Assembly: GCA_021463645.1 (NCBI GenBank)
Contig: JAJTYI010000006.1
Location: 181,692 to 245,691, forward strand
Length of the DNA stretch: 64,000 nt
Reading direction: 5' to 3'
DNA from: a bacterium
GTDB taxonomy: Bacteria; Patescibacteriota; Dojkabacteria; B142; OLB20
Below are positions 48,678 to 58,206 of the stretch, one piece after another. Made by a program: the position numbers and the translations under genes. Position 1 is the stretch's first letter. Each line of letters starts with the position of its first letter. The notes under the pieces are model-generated. The model was not told where the DNA came from. It worked only from the letters and a program-made list of their open reading frames with translations, and did no database searches.

Positions 48678-49464
48678 GTGAAAAAGTATCTGAAACAAAA
48701 CCTTCGAACAATTTTATACATTTTAGTTCCACTATTGATAATCTCAATTTTCTCAACTTATGTTGTAGCATCAGCAGAGAAACACAATAATCCACTTTGG
48801 GCAGATCCTGGTAATGCGCTTTGGTGGTGGTTGATTACAATCTCGACGATAGGGTATGGCGATATGGTTCCTACCACCTACTTAGGAAGATTCTTTGGTT
48901 CTTTTGTCGTCCTTTCCGGAGTGGTATTTTTCGGAACAGTTGTTTCGGAATTAGGAATTCTTTTAAAGGTCACCTCCCAAAAAGAACACCTAGGATTAAA
49001 AAAGATTAAGGATAAAGATCATATTATTATACTCGGAGACAATCCACTATTAAGCAGTCTGACATCAAATATTAGGAAAATTGATGAGAATAAAAAAATA
49101 ACTGTTGTTACTCATCATTTGGAATCAAGACCATATGAAGACATTTCTTTTGTAAAAGTGATCCTAGATATCATGAAACCCTTGTGAGGGCAAATGTGAA
49201 AGATGCTTCTCTAGCGATTATCCTTGCGGATGATCAGATAAATAATCCCGATGCCTATAGCATAATAATCGGAAATGAACTGGAGAAGATGAACCCCTTA
49301 CTAATTAAGATTGCAGAAATTACGGATGAAAGATGGAAAAGTATTTTACAGATTCGGGAATTGATGTTTTTGTTACTGAGAAGAAATTCTTAAAGAGTAT
49401 ACACAGCAAGGCGAACAACCAAGTTTCTGAAATTCTCGAAAAAGTTATGAAAACTAATAAGTAG
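48678..49464 (+). pseudogene. K+ channel (2TM pore plus RCK/TrkA-N domain) disrupted by two single-base frameshifts
   Basis: The pore TISTIGYGDM is intact. The RCK domain reads on in a second frame from about 49157 (SDPRYHETLVRANVKDASLAIILADD) and in a third frame from about 49330 (KMEKYFTDSGIDVFVTEKKFL...KTNK-TAG 49462-49464). Both shifts sit next to short A runs. Confidence 0.65.
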
Positions 49465-49468
49465 GCAA

Positions 49469-50617
49469 TTAATCTGTTTTCGGTAATGTTATCACGAATA
49501 TTGTACCCATAGGTTTATTCTCCTGGATTTTAATCTCCCCATTATGTAGGTTGATTATTTCCTTTGTGATTGCTAACCCAAGTCCACTTCCACCAGTTTT
49601 TCGTGACCTAGAGTCGTCAATCCTGAAGAATCTTTCAAATATTAGTTTATGATATTTCTTATCGATACCAGGACCATTGTCTATAACCTTTGTAATAAGT
49701 TCTCTAGCATTGCTTTCAATCTGAATCTCGATTATCGATTGCTCTTGAGAATACTTAATAGCATTTTCCACTACGTTACTAATAGCTCTATTGAGTAGAG
49801 TAGGATTAGCTTTAATTAAGATTTTCTCTTCTGGGGTAGTTATTTTTACTTCAATATCTTTTTTATTCGCAATCGAGTCCAGATTTTTAGTCAGGTTTTT
49901 AATCAATCTTAAATAATTAACACTCTCAAAACTTTTTTTGTACTTTTCGAGCGAGCTCAGAAGTAACAAATCTTCCAGTAAAACGTTCATATTATATACT
50001 GTCCCGAGCGATGTTTCGAGATATTCTTTAGTGTCTCTTGGAATGTTTTTATTCATTAAAGCTGTTTCGATATTAGTCATCAATACTGCCATTGGAGTTT
50101 TCAATTCGTGTGATGCATTGGCAACGAATTCACCTTGCACATCAAATGACTTCTGAAGTCTGTCTGTCATAGTATTGAAATTTCCAATAAGTTCATCAAT
50201 CTCGTCGTTTGTACCACTTTGGGGAATTTTCCTATGGAGATTTTTTGCTTCAATTTCTGAAATTTCTTTGTTAATTCTTTTTATTGGGCGGAGCATTTGT
50301 TTAGCTAGAATGTAACCGCCGGTAATACCAATGAGTAAATTTCCGGTTATCACGAAAAGTGATATCTTTTGAATTTGCTTTGCATCGTTTTCGCGAATTT
50401 CTTTAAGTAAATCTCGGATACGGTAATTTCCTCTATTGTCATGTTCGAGTGTGAGGAATCTTTGACGGATTGGTCCTGGGAGCACATCCTCCAATGTCTG
50501 ATTGACGAATCGAACGTATATGAAGTTCACAACAAATAAAATTATCATCCCGCTGATAAATGTTACTAATCCGTACCAAAATGTAAGTTTGAAGTTGATG
50601 CTTTTGTGGAATTTCAT
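49469..50617 (-). CDS. Sensor histidine kinase (2 TM, HAMP, HisKA, HATPase_c)
   Basis: H-box SHELKTPM, N-box NVVENAIKYS, G-boxes DNGPGI and GGSGLGLAI. Confidence 0.88.
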   Translation of the reverse strand: MKFHKSINFKLTFWYGLVTFISGMIILFVVNFIYVRFVNQTLEDVLPGPIRQRFLTLEHDNRGNYRIRDLLKEIRENDAKQIQKISLFVITGNLLIGITGGYILAKQMLRPIKRINKEISEIEAKNLHRKIPQSGTNDEIDELIGNFNTMTDRLQKSFDVQGEFVANASHELKTPMAVLMTNIETALMNKNIPRDTKEYLETSLGTVYNMNVLLEDLLLLSSLEKYKKSFESVNYLRLIKNLTKNLDSIANKKDIEVKITTPEEKILIKANPTLLNRAISNVVENAIKYSQEQSIIEIQIESNARELITKVIDNGPGIDKKYHKLIFERFFRIDDSRSRKTGGSGLGLAITKEIINLHNGEIKIQENKPMGTIFVITLPKTD

Positions 50618-51288
50618 TTTTTCGTGTTTAACATATATCCTTTTCCATGAATTGTTTTGAGTATTTTCTTTTGTGGATCAAATTTTTTTCGTAATGTTTT
50701 TATATGAGTCTTTATTGTATCACTAAATGGATTTGCCTCTTCGTCCCAGACATGCTCCAAAAGCTCTTCTGCGGGTATTGTGCGATTTATATTTCGAATC
50801 ATGTACTCTAGCATAGAACATTCTTTCGTAGTGAGTTCAATCTCTTCGCCAGTTTGTGTATCTAATAAAGTGTTTTTGTCTGGGATTAATTCGTAATTTA
50901 GGAATTCTAAATTATGAGTCTTGTTTTCGCTGGACCTGCGAACTATTGCTTTTATCCTGGCAGTCAATTCTTTCAAATTAAATGGTTTTGAGATGTAGTC
51001 GTCTGCACCTGCTTCAAAACCTATTAGTTTGTCATCAATCTGATGTTTTGCGGTTACCATTAAAATCGGTGTGTTGATATTTTGTGCTCTGAGTTTATTT
51101 GAGATGGAAATTCCATCAATTCCCGGGAGGTTGAGATCGAGAAGGATACAATCGTATTGATTAATTTCTGCTTTTGATAACCCTGAAGTCCCTTCATTTG
51201 AATAATCAACAGCAAAACCATAATCAGAAAGAGCCTTGATCAAAGGCCTGGCTAAATCTTCTTCGTCTTCTATCAATAACAATCTCAT
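50614..51288 (-). CDS. OmpR-family response regulator
   Basis: MRLLLIEDEED, DLNLPGIDG, and a winged-helix tail TIHGKGYML. It overlaps the kinase gene by 4 nt. ATG 51288 is preferred over the GC-hairpin-encoded extension. Confidence 0.88.
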   Translation of the reverse strand: MRLLLIEDEEDLARPLIKALSDYGFAVDYSNEGTSGLSKAEINQYDCILLDLNLPGIDGISISNKLRAQNINTPILMVTAKHQIDDKLIGFEAGADDYISKPFNLKELTARIKAIVRRSSENKTHNLEFLNYELIPDKNTLLDTQTGEEIELTTKECSMLEYMIRNINRTIPAEELLEHVWDEEANPFSDTIKTHIKTLRKKFDPQKKILKTIHGKGYMLNTKK

Positions 51289-51347
51289 ACTTGTGCCGCC
51301 CACTCCCACATCTTAATCTGATGCAGGAGCGAGGGCGGATTAAAAAA

Positions 51348-51821
51348 TTATTGTACGTGTCTACCCATACCCATTCCGTTTCCTCTTCCCATACCTTGTC
51401 CATTACCTCTTTGGCCGTTCATTGGCATTTCGATGCCTTGTTCTTCTAGCCAGTTTTGGAACTCTTCACGTTCTGCTTGCATTAGTTCGTGCATTTCGGT
51501 TCTTGTTTTACCTTCTGCAAGTAATGCATCTCTTTTAGCCATCATTTCTTCGTGATGTGCCTCAATAACTGCTTTCTGTTCTTCTGTGATAGTACCATCT
51601 TCTACTAAGCCGTTCAATCTTTCTGTATGTCTAGCTTCTCTTTCCTGTGTAAATACATTTTGAACTTCTGTTTTATCTAGATTGAATTTCTCAGATAGAG
51701 TTTCTACCATTGGTGGGTAGGTTTCTGTATCTTGTGCGAATGTTGGCACTGCGACGACTCCAAGAGCTGAGGCTGATACTACAACACCTGCACCTAATAT
51801 TAATAATTTATTTCTATTCAT
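51348..51821 (-). CDS. Secreted DUF2680-like protein with a Gly/Met-rich tail
   Basis: Signal peptide, helical GTITEEQKAVIEAHHEEMMAKRDALL, and C-terminal GQRGNGQGMGRGNGMGMGRH. Confidence 0.6.
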   Translation of the reverse strand: MNRNKLLILGAGVVVSASALGVVAVPTFAQDTETYPPMVETLSEKFNLDKTEVQNVFTQEREARHTERLNGLVEDGTITEEQKAVIEAHHEEMMAKRDALLAEGKTRTEMHELMQAEREEFQNWLEEQGIEMPMNGQRGNGQGMGRGNGMGMGRHVQ

Positions 51822-51998
51822 AGTTAAATAATAATAATTTAAATCTTCACTTAAAACGTATGCTTAATATTAGATCATATATTAATATTAACAAATTAAA
51901 TACAAACATATATTAGACTTTGTTAGGTGAAATCAAGGTGAAGGTTAATTTTATTTTAATAAACTGCTAAAATCAGACATTAATTAATTGCAAATAAC

Positions 51999-52487
51999 AT
52001 GAAAGAATATCCATACAAATAAAGACTATTGGCAGGAATAATCGACAGTATGTTAATTTCCTTTATCAATTCGATTTATTTATTACCTGCATTGTTCCTC
52101 GCTATTTTACCTCTAATCGCACAAATAACTAGCCAAGCTAGTGTTGACCCTGATTTAGTTGATGGAGCAGGTTTTATTGTGTCCTTTGCATGGTTGATGA
52201 TGTGGTCCTTAATAATTTTTGTCATAAATACGGCATTCGGAGTTTTCTGGCATGTATATAGACCTGCAAAACATAATGGTCAAACATACGGGAAGGAGTG
52301 GATGAAAGTTAAGGTTGTAAAAATAGATAACTCAGAGTTGACGATGAAAAGTCTTTTAATTCGATATGTTGCCTAACTCTTCCTAGCTCAAGCAATCAAT
52401 ATTTTCATGTATATCACTATTTTCATAGACGAAGAGAAAAGAGCAGTTTATGACTTTGTCTCCAACACCAAGGTTGTCAGAGCGTAA
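51999..52487 (+). pseudogene. RDD family membrane protein with two in-frame TAA codons (52020-52022 and 52374-52376)
   Basis: A single frame reads MKEYPYK-TAA-RLLAGIIDSMLI...GQTYGKEWMKVKVV...LLIRYVA-TAA-LFLAQAINIFMYITIFIDEEKRAVYDFVSNTKVVRA-TAA. Both RDD landmarks (R..A..ID at the N-terminus, D....T.VV at the C-terminus) lie outside the ORF-track ORF. Confidence 0.65.
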
Positions 52488-53048
52488 TCAATTAATCGCT
52501 TCTTTCAAATTTTGGAGCTTGTTCTCGAATAAATCTTTAGCTAATGCAATAAGTGCAAAAATCATTGGTGCAAAAACCATATTCCCATACAATTGGTTCT
52601 TCAAGAAAGGAAGGGCATTGATATAGCTGTTCATCAATCCTGAAATTGTATCTGGATACATTGCTGTAGTGACTACAACACCGAAATTTGTCCAAAGGTA
52701 GAAGATTAATACTGATAACAGTGATCCCCCAAGTCCTGCCAACGCTGGGTATGCATTCCCTTTTTCCTTATTAACCCTTGAAAGTGCCACACCTATTAGA
52801 GGTGTCAACAGAAATGCACTCCATGTGAATAGGAAAATCGAAGTATTTCCAATAACTACATCAGAAAGTGCCATTATCACTAATGGTACTATCATCGCTA
52901 ATTTTTTGTTGTTCATAAAATATCCAGCACCCAAGGAGGCGATTGTCACGAATTCGACATTTGGACCAATCGTAAAAATTGTACGAGTGAGGAATCCTAA
53001 TGCGATAAAACTGAGAACTAATACCTTGTCGTTATTTGTTATTTTCAT
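52488..53048 (-). CDS. ECF S-component-like membrane protein (putative corrinoid uptake, inferred from context)
   Basis: 186 aa, 6 TM, with N-terminal LTRTIFTIGPNVEFVTIASLGAGYF resembling solitary S components. Second gene behind the cobalamin riboswitch. Confidence 0.5.
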   Translation of the reverse strand: MKITNNDKVLVLSFIALGFLTRTIFTIGPNVEFVTIASLGAGYFMNNKKLAMIVPLVIMALSDVVIGNTSIFLFTWSAFLLTPLIGVALSRVNKEKGNAYPALAGLGGSLLSVLIFYLWTNFGVVVTTAMYPDTISGLMNSYINALPFLKNQLYGNMVFAPMIFALIALAKDLFENKLQNLKEAIN

Positions 53049-53067
53049 TTTGAAATATTATTTAATA

Positions 53068-53538
53068 TTAGTTAATTGTGTCTAATTCAAAGGAAACTTT
53101 ATCGTCTGCTTTGGGTAAGTACTGAGAAATTCCGACCTGACTTAGTTCTCCGTTAATTTTGAATGACCAGAATTTATTATCTGCGGAAGGATTGTATCCG
53201 TTAATCGAAGTGATGAAAAATGCAGTTTCACCATCCATTTCAAATGAGTCAAACTCAATTTTTAAATTTTCGTTCTCATAGATGACTTTATTTAAGATTT
53301 CATATAGATTCTCACCCTCAGTAAACTCAGCCTCAGTAACAATACTCTCGCCGTTCTGGTCTACGACTGTAATTTCGGTTTTCTGCATTACTTGTGTGAC
53401 TTCTTCCTCTTGTTGGGTTTCTTCAGAATTGTTTATTACTTCTTTTGCCTTATCAAAATACGTACAACCTGTAAGTGTGACTACAGAAAGTAATAAAATA
53501 ACTGCTAAGGGGAGTTTTTTAGATAATGTGTCGCGCAT
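53068..53538 (-). CDS. DUF4430 lipoprotein (transcobalamin-like corrinoid-binding domain)
   Basis: Lipobox LTGC. C-terminal FITSINGYNPSADNKFWSFKINGELSQVGISQYLPKADDKVSFEL matches the DUF4430 pattern. Confidence 0.75.
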   Translation of the reverse strand: MRDTLSKKLPLAVILLLSVVTLTGCTYFDKAKEVINNSEETQQEEEVTQVMQKTEITVVDQNGESIVTEAEFTEGENLYEILNKVIYENENLKIEFDSFEMDGETAFFITSINGYNPSADNKFWSFKINGELSQVGISQYLPKADDKVSFELDTIN

Positions 53539-53554
53539 TTAAATGCTGTAAAAA

Positions 53555-53720
53555 ATAAAAATTCTCCGAGTAGGAGACTTTTTAAGATTCCTGCTCGGGA
53601 TTGTGGTTCTTACCAGGCTCGGACTTTTCAGTAAAGAACTGAATTACCGTAGCGGCACTGTGCAGGATTTTCACCTGACTTCACCGATAAGAATTTTAGT
53701 CTAGCAAACCCGAGCGAAGA
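53555..53720 (-). promoter_or_regulatory. Cobalamin riboswitch (compact) with a terminator-type expression platform
   Basis: The minus strand reads GCUCGGG...GGUGAAGUCAGGUGAAAAUCCUGCACAGUGCCGCUACGGUAA...AAGUCCGAGCCUGGUAAGAACC...CCCGAGC (P1 = GCUCGGG/CCCGAGC). Then comes UCUCC-UACUC-GGAGA plus AAUUUUUAUUUUUU, just before the DUF4430 start. Confidence 0.7.
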
Positions 53721-53801
53721 TAGTCAAACTTATCTTTTAAGATTCGAATAAATGTGGTTGAGTTTCGTGTACTAGCTTATTCTATTCTAACGGATGATTG
53801 T

Positions 53802-54062
53802 CTACTCTATATTACCTTGCTCTAAAGCGTTGCCGGTATAACCTATTGCTCCAGCTGTTATCAGGAGTCCTGCGGCAGAAGCCGCTATAGGGACGGGATT
53901 GTCAGTGAATATTGTAAGTGCTAAATTGCCGACTCCAATTAAAAGAGCCACGCCCAGTTCTTTTGTAAGACGAAGTCTTCTTTCTTTGCATATTTTCATG
54001 GCTTCGACACATCCAATGATGAGACCAGAAGCTGCGCCAACAATTTCAGGTAAATTCTCCAT
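53802..54062 (-). CDS. Hypothetical small membrane protein
   Basis: 86-aa ORF with Gly/Ala-rich TM helices. Confidence 0.45.
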   Translation of the reverse strand: MENLPEIVGAASGLIIGCVEAMKICKERRLRLTKELGVALLIGVGNLALTIFTDNPVPIAASAAGLLITAGAIGYTGNALEQGNIE

Positions 54063-54072
54063 TATAATAATT

Positions 54073-54396
54073 TTAATTATTTAAAACCTCCCAAGCAATA
54101 ATCCCACCTTTCAAGTCATAGACTTCTTTGAAACCAATTGTTTTCATAATGTCTAAGACTGCTTTCGTACGACTGCCAGTTCTGCAGTATATGAAATAAG
54201 AGTGGTTTTTGTCTAGGTTTTCGAGTTGTTTTTCAAAATCCACTGAATAAAAATCAAAATTGATAGATCCATGTAGATGTTGTTCAGCGTATTCGCCTGG
54301 AGTCCGGATATCAATAAGAGTCCCTTTACGGTCTTCGTGCATCGCTAGAAATGTCTTTGGATCAAGCGAAGAAAAGTTAAGTGATGAAGTAATCAT
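54073..54396 (-). CDS. Rhodanese-like domain protein
   Basis: IDIRTPGEYAEQHLHGSINF and the active-site loop YCRTGSRT. Confidence 0.85.
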   Translation of the reverse strand: MITSSLNFSSLDPKTFLAMHEDRKGTLIDIRTPGEYAEQHLHGSINFDFYSVDFEKQLENLDKNHSYFIYCRTGSRTKAVLDIMKTIGFKEVYDLKGGIIAWEVLNN

Positions 54397-54424
54397 AATA
54401 AAAAATTTATTTAATTAATTGAAA

Positions 54425-55348
54425 TTATTGACTGTTTACTTGTTGGCTTTGTGAGTTACTGGCGTTACGTTTCTTTAACCTCAGAAGCCAGCCATAGGTG
54501 TGGACTGAGACTACTGCGATAATAGTTACCCAGAAAGTTGTTTGCATAGAAGTCGGTTGCAGTACGAAATAACCTTTCCATGCGTGAAAGATTACTGAGA
54601 GATAGGCGAGATAGACGAGATAATGAAGCTGTTTCCATGCATTAACTCTCAAAAATAACTTTGCGGGGAGACTCCATGGCGCTATCAATACCCAAAAGAT
54701 TATAAAACCAGTAAAGATTACATAATGAAAAGTTTCTAGGTTCAATATTCCGAGTGCACTCAGCCCTAATGTGTAAGCAATGTAGAATAAGAGTAATCCA
54801 GTATGAATCAAGTTGTAATATTTTGTTGGGAGTTTTGTCTGGAAGTAATTTGTCGAAGTAAATGCTAATGCTGATAAAATAATTAATGCAGTGCTACCAA
54901 AGTAATTTGCGCTTAGAGAGTAAATCAACTCTGGATTAAATTCATAATATTTCGCAATCACAAAATTTGCATGAATAAAAGCCAACAAGAAAGAGGCAAC
55001 GCCGACATGTCTTCTATGTCTGAATAACGGTGCAAAGCGTTTGTTTATTCGTGTCAATGGTCCGATAACAAGTGTGATTTGTAAAAATGTAAACGCTGTG
55101 AATGCTGTAGCTTGAACTATATGTCTGGTGTCATCGAGATTGGGATACATTAATTGATGGAGGAAAACATTGCCTGCAATCAGGAAAAGAAGAATCATAT
55201 CAACCCAATTTTTAGCTAATAGGCTTAGTAAGATTAGCACACCTAAAAGAATCCAGAAAACAACCAAAGTCGGAAAGAGGATTGGAGCAAGTAAAGCATA
55301 GAAGAGGCAAAGTGCAATTGTTGTGTAAACCTGGATTTTCTTATTCAT
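54425..55348 (-). CDS. Polytopic membrane protein, ferric-reductase-like TM domain (tentative)
   Basis: 307 aa with about 8 TM, and His-containing helices (HRRHVGVASFLLAFIHA, HYLVYLAYLSVIFHA). Confidence 0.45.
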   Translation of the reverse strand: MNKKIQVYTTIALCLFYALLAPILFPTLVVFWILLGVLILLSLLAKNWVDMILLFLIAGNVFLHQLMYPNLDDTRHIVQATAFTAFTFLQITLVIGPLTRINKRFAPLFRHRRHVGVASFLLAFIHANFVIAKYYEFNPELIYSLSANYFGSTALIILSALAFTSTNYFQTKLPTKYYNLIHTGLLLFYIAYTLGLSALGILNLETFHYVIFTGFIIFWVLIAPWSLPAKLFLRVNAWKQLHYLVYLAYLSVIFHAWKGYFVLQPTSMQTTFWVTIIAVVSVHTYGWLLRLKKRNASNSQSQQVNSQ

Positions 55349-55544
55349 CTGATAATTGTTGTTATAAAAGTCTTATTTTGTCTGATTACTTGGTATCAGT
55401 CAAAATGGTCTAACTATGATAATACATTCTCACTTTTTAGGGTAGTGAAAACAAGTGCATTAAAATAAATAATACACTTGAGAAAGTTTGAATCATTCAG
55501 TTTCAGTTTGAAATTCTCAGCCGGCTTTTCAGATATCTCTTGGA

Positions 55545-56039
55545 TTAAGTTTGATAGAGTTCTGGTTTTAACCATTCATATTGATTCTTGTTGTAAGCGT
55601 ATTTTTCAAAGTTGAATTTCGTCAATTTAGAATCAGGTTTCGAACGTAAGTATTGCTCGATAAATTCTTTACTCAAATCTTCGTCAACATTCTCTGCCAG
55701 TTCAAAAAAGTTCTCATTAAGTAATGTTATTCCTGAGTCAATTTGGGGAATATCTTGATCAGTGGATTTATTTATCAATGAGAGTTTCAGGTAGGGTTTC
55801 TGTTTAAAAGATTGGATTTCTATGTAATTAACTGAATTGTTGAATCGATTACTACTCGTAGCAATCAGTCCGAAAATATTTTCATCGGAACTCGTCCAGA
55901 CACGGATAACATCATTATGATTGATTTCGTTACCAAATATCTTTACACCAGCTGACAAATCCTCTTTCACTTTTGACATTAACAACGAAATATCTGGCTT
56001 TGAAATTGTTTTATTGTTCGAGCTTTGAAGATCCATCAT
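55545..56039 (-). CDS. Hypothetical protein
   Basis: 164-aa ORF overlapping the LCP gene by 4 nt (operon). Confidence 0.55.
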   Translation of the reverse strand: MMDLQSSNNKTISKPDISLLMSKVKEDLSAGVKIFGNEINHNDVIRVWTSSDENIFGLIATSSNRFNNSVNYIEIQSFKQKPYLKLSLINKSTDQDIPQIDSGITLLNENFFELAENVDEDLSKEFIEQYLRSKPDSKLTKFNFEKYAYNKNQYEWLKPELYQT

Positions 56040-57526
56040 TGAGGTGAGGGAAGAAGTATTGTGAAGTCTTCTTTGTTCAACCTATATCTTTGGTAAGGCT
56101 TACCATCTACAATATTAGTACTTAAGTTCTCAGAGAGATACTGACGAGTAGCGGGCAACTCACCATCAGAGAAATCTAAGATAATTATTGAGTTTTGATT
56201 TTTGAATTCTTTGGATAGAGTTACGAGATACTTACTGTTGGTAATTCTAAGCGGAGGTTCATTGGATGAGAAGTCAACGAACTTGGGATAATCGAAATAT
56301 AATTTACCTTTTAGATTTGCAGTACCGTATGCAAATACTTCAGCATTTTCCTCATAAACGATAGGGTTTCCAATAATGCTTTTAATTAATTCCTGAATTC
56401 TACAAAATTCATTTCCCGGGCAATCTTTCCAATGAGTAGGAACCATGTAATATGGGCCACCAGGTCTATCGTGTGGCTGTTTATTTAAATATTTTTCGCT
56501 ACCTCCAATTTCGGGATCGAGCACAATATTAATAACCTTGTCCAAATCAAACTTCTCAATTAGTTTAGTGCCGGCAAGGATTTCTTTGACTGTTAATTCG
56601 CTAACAAGTGTTTTTTCGCGATAAATTTTGTAGAGGTCTGTGAGTTTATTCGGATCAAGCAATGTCTCAGAAGTTAGTGCTCTATTTAATACGGCTTCAA
56701 TCACAATTTGTTGTCTTCGTGCTCGACCAAAATCTGAGGTAAGTTGTCTGACTCGAACGTATTTTAAGGCATCTTCACTACTCAGAAATATTTTGCCTTT
56801 CTTGAAATAAACATTTTCCCAACCGTAATCATTGAAAGGGTATACATCCCAAACATCTGCTGGATTATCCACGAAAATACCGACTTCACCTGTTTCTGGG
56901 TTAGTTTCTCCGACTGTTTCTATTGCCTCCACAAAACTGTCCAATGTAACGAAGATATGGTACTGGATTGGGATTCCTGTTACAGAGGTGACTGTATCTT
57001 TCAATTCTTCAATTCCACGACCAGGGCAGTTTGCATTTTCAGTTTTATCATAAATCCAGTGTATGCTACCGCTAAATTTGAGACATTCTTCCCTGAAATC
57101 TACACCCAAATCTCTAGGAATACTTATCATAGTAAGTTTTTCAGTTTCGTGGTCGTAAACCACTTGAATAATTGTGTCTATATTACGAGTTCCTGCTTGA
57201 CCTTTAGGGTCTGTACTTTTAAACTCACCATCTTCAAATATTATGTCTCGAGTGTCTACTCCAGCAATTAATACCGAAGTTACCTTATTATCATTTTTCA
57301 ACTCTAAATCAACAAATTTATCTACAAATTGAGTCCCTGTAGATATTGCACGAATTAAACTGCTTCTAGAAAATAATTCTGCACCAGAAAAGAAAAAGTA
57401 ATCAACCAAGAAAAACATTCCAAACATAATCACAAAGAGGAAGGGATAGAGTATGAATTTGGCTCTTTTCCTTAGACGTTTCTTGGGCTGATTTTTTTGC
57501 ACTTTATTAATTTCGACTTTATACAC
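56036..57526 (-). CDS. LytR-CpsA-Psr (LCP) family protein with a long C-terminal extension
   Basis: N-terminal TM, then VLIAGVDTRD...NIDTIIQVVYDHETEKLTMISIPRDL. GTG start. Confidence 0.8.
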   Translation of the reverse strand: MYKVEINKVQKNQPKKRLRKRAKFILYPFLFVIMFGMFFLVDYFFFSGAELFSRSSLIRAISTGTQFVDKFVDLELKNDNKVTSVLIAGVDTRDIIFEDGEFKSTDPKGQAGTRNIDTIIQVVYDHETEKLTMISIPRDLGVDFREECLKFSGSIHWIYDKTENANCPGRGIEELKDTVTSVTGIPIQYHIFVTLDSFVEAIETVGETNPETGEVGIFVDNPADVWDVYPFNDYGWENVYFKKGKIFLSSEDALKYVRVRQLTSDFGRARRQQIVIEAVLNRALTSETLLDPNKLTDLYKIYREKTLVSELTVKEILAGTKLIEKFDLDKVINIVLDPEIGGSEKYLNKQPHDRPGGPYYMVPTHWKDCPGNEFCRIQELIKSIIGNPIVYEENAEVFAYGTANLKGKLYFDYPKFVDFSSNEPPLRITNSKYLVTLSKEFKNQNSIIILDFSDGELPATRQYLSENLSTNIVDGKPYQRYRLNKEDFTILLPSPQ

Positions 57527-57579
57527 AGGAATAGTGCTTATGTAATAGCTTGGATAATTACTCTATCATAGCGAGTGAA

Positions 57580-58020
57580 TCAATCCAACTCTTTAGTTTT
57601 TCGCAGATGATTTACAAGAATTGCAACAGCTGCACTAATTAGTACAATATTTTTAATAATATACTGTCCCTCAAGCGAGAATCCGTAGGGAAATTTTGTA
57701 AATACTGTATCGGTCAGTGTAATAAATGGAGTAAATGTGCCTCCCATATGGAGTATAAATATCCAAAAAGTAATTTTCGTTAGTCTTGGAATTAGAAACA
57801 TAATACCCAAAACTGTTTCCCAAACTCCTAAAAAGATAAAAAATGGTTCTCTCGGAAGGAAATATATTGAATTTGCTACCAAATCTGCAGCTGGACTTGA
57901 GTCGAATGGTTTTAGAATACCAAACCAAATGTAAATGATGGCGATTGAAATCCTCAGAAACCAATCCGAATAATTATTAAAAATTGTATAAACCTTTTGT
58001 TCAACGGAATGTAGATTCAT
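57580..58020 (-). CDS. DoxX/DUF417-like membrane protein
   Basis: FLRISIAIIYIWFGILKPF...SPAADLV...GVWETVLGIMFL. ATG 58020 is preferred to the longer ORF. Confidence 0.5.
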   Translation of the reverse strand: MNLHSVEQKVYTIFNNYSDWFLRISIAIIYIWFGILKPFDSSPAADLVANSIYFLPREPFFIFLGVWETVLGIMFLIPRLTKITFWIFILHMGGTFTPFITLTDTVFTKFPYGFSLEGQYIIKNIVLISAAVAILVNHLRKTKELD

Positions 58021-58206
58021 TTTTCTGAGTAATAAGTTAGAACAAATTATAATAATAATTAGCTTTAATGTTAAGTTTTTTGAAAGTGAGATTCTAAATA
58101 CTTTGTTACGATTCATTGGAGAAAATAAAACTAGCAATTACTAATATTTACTACTCCAATTCCTTGTGTTAGGATAAATTAAACAATTAATTATTACCCC
58201 AATTCA

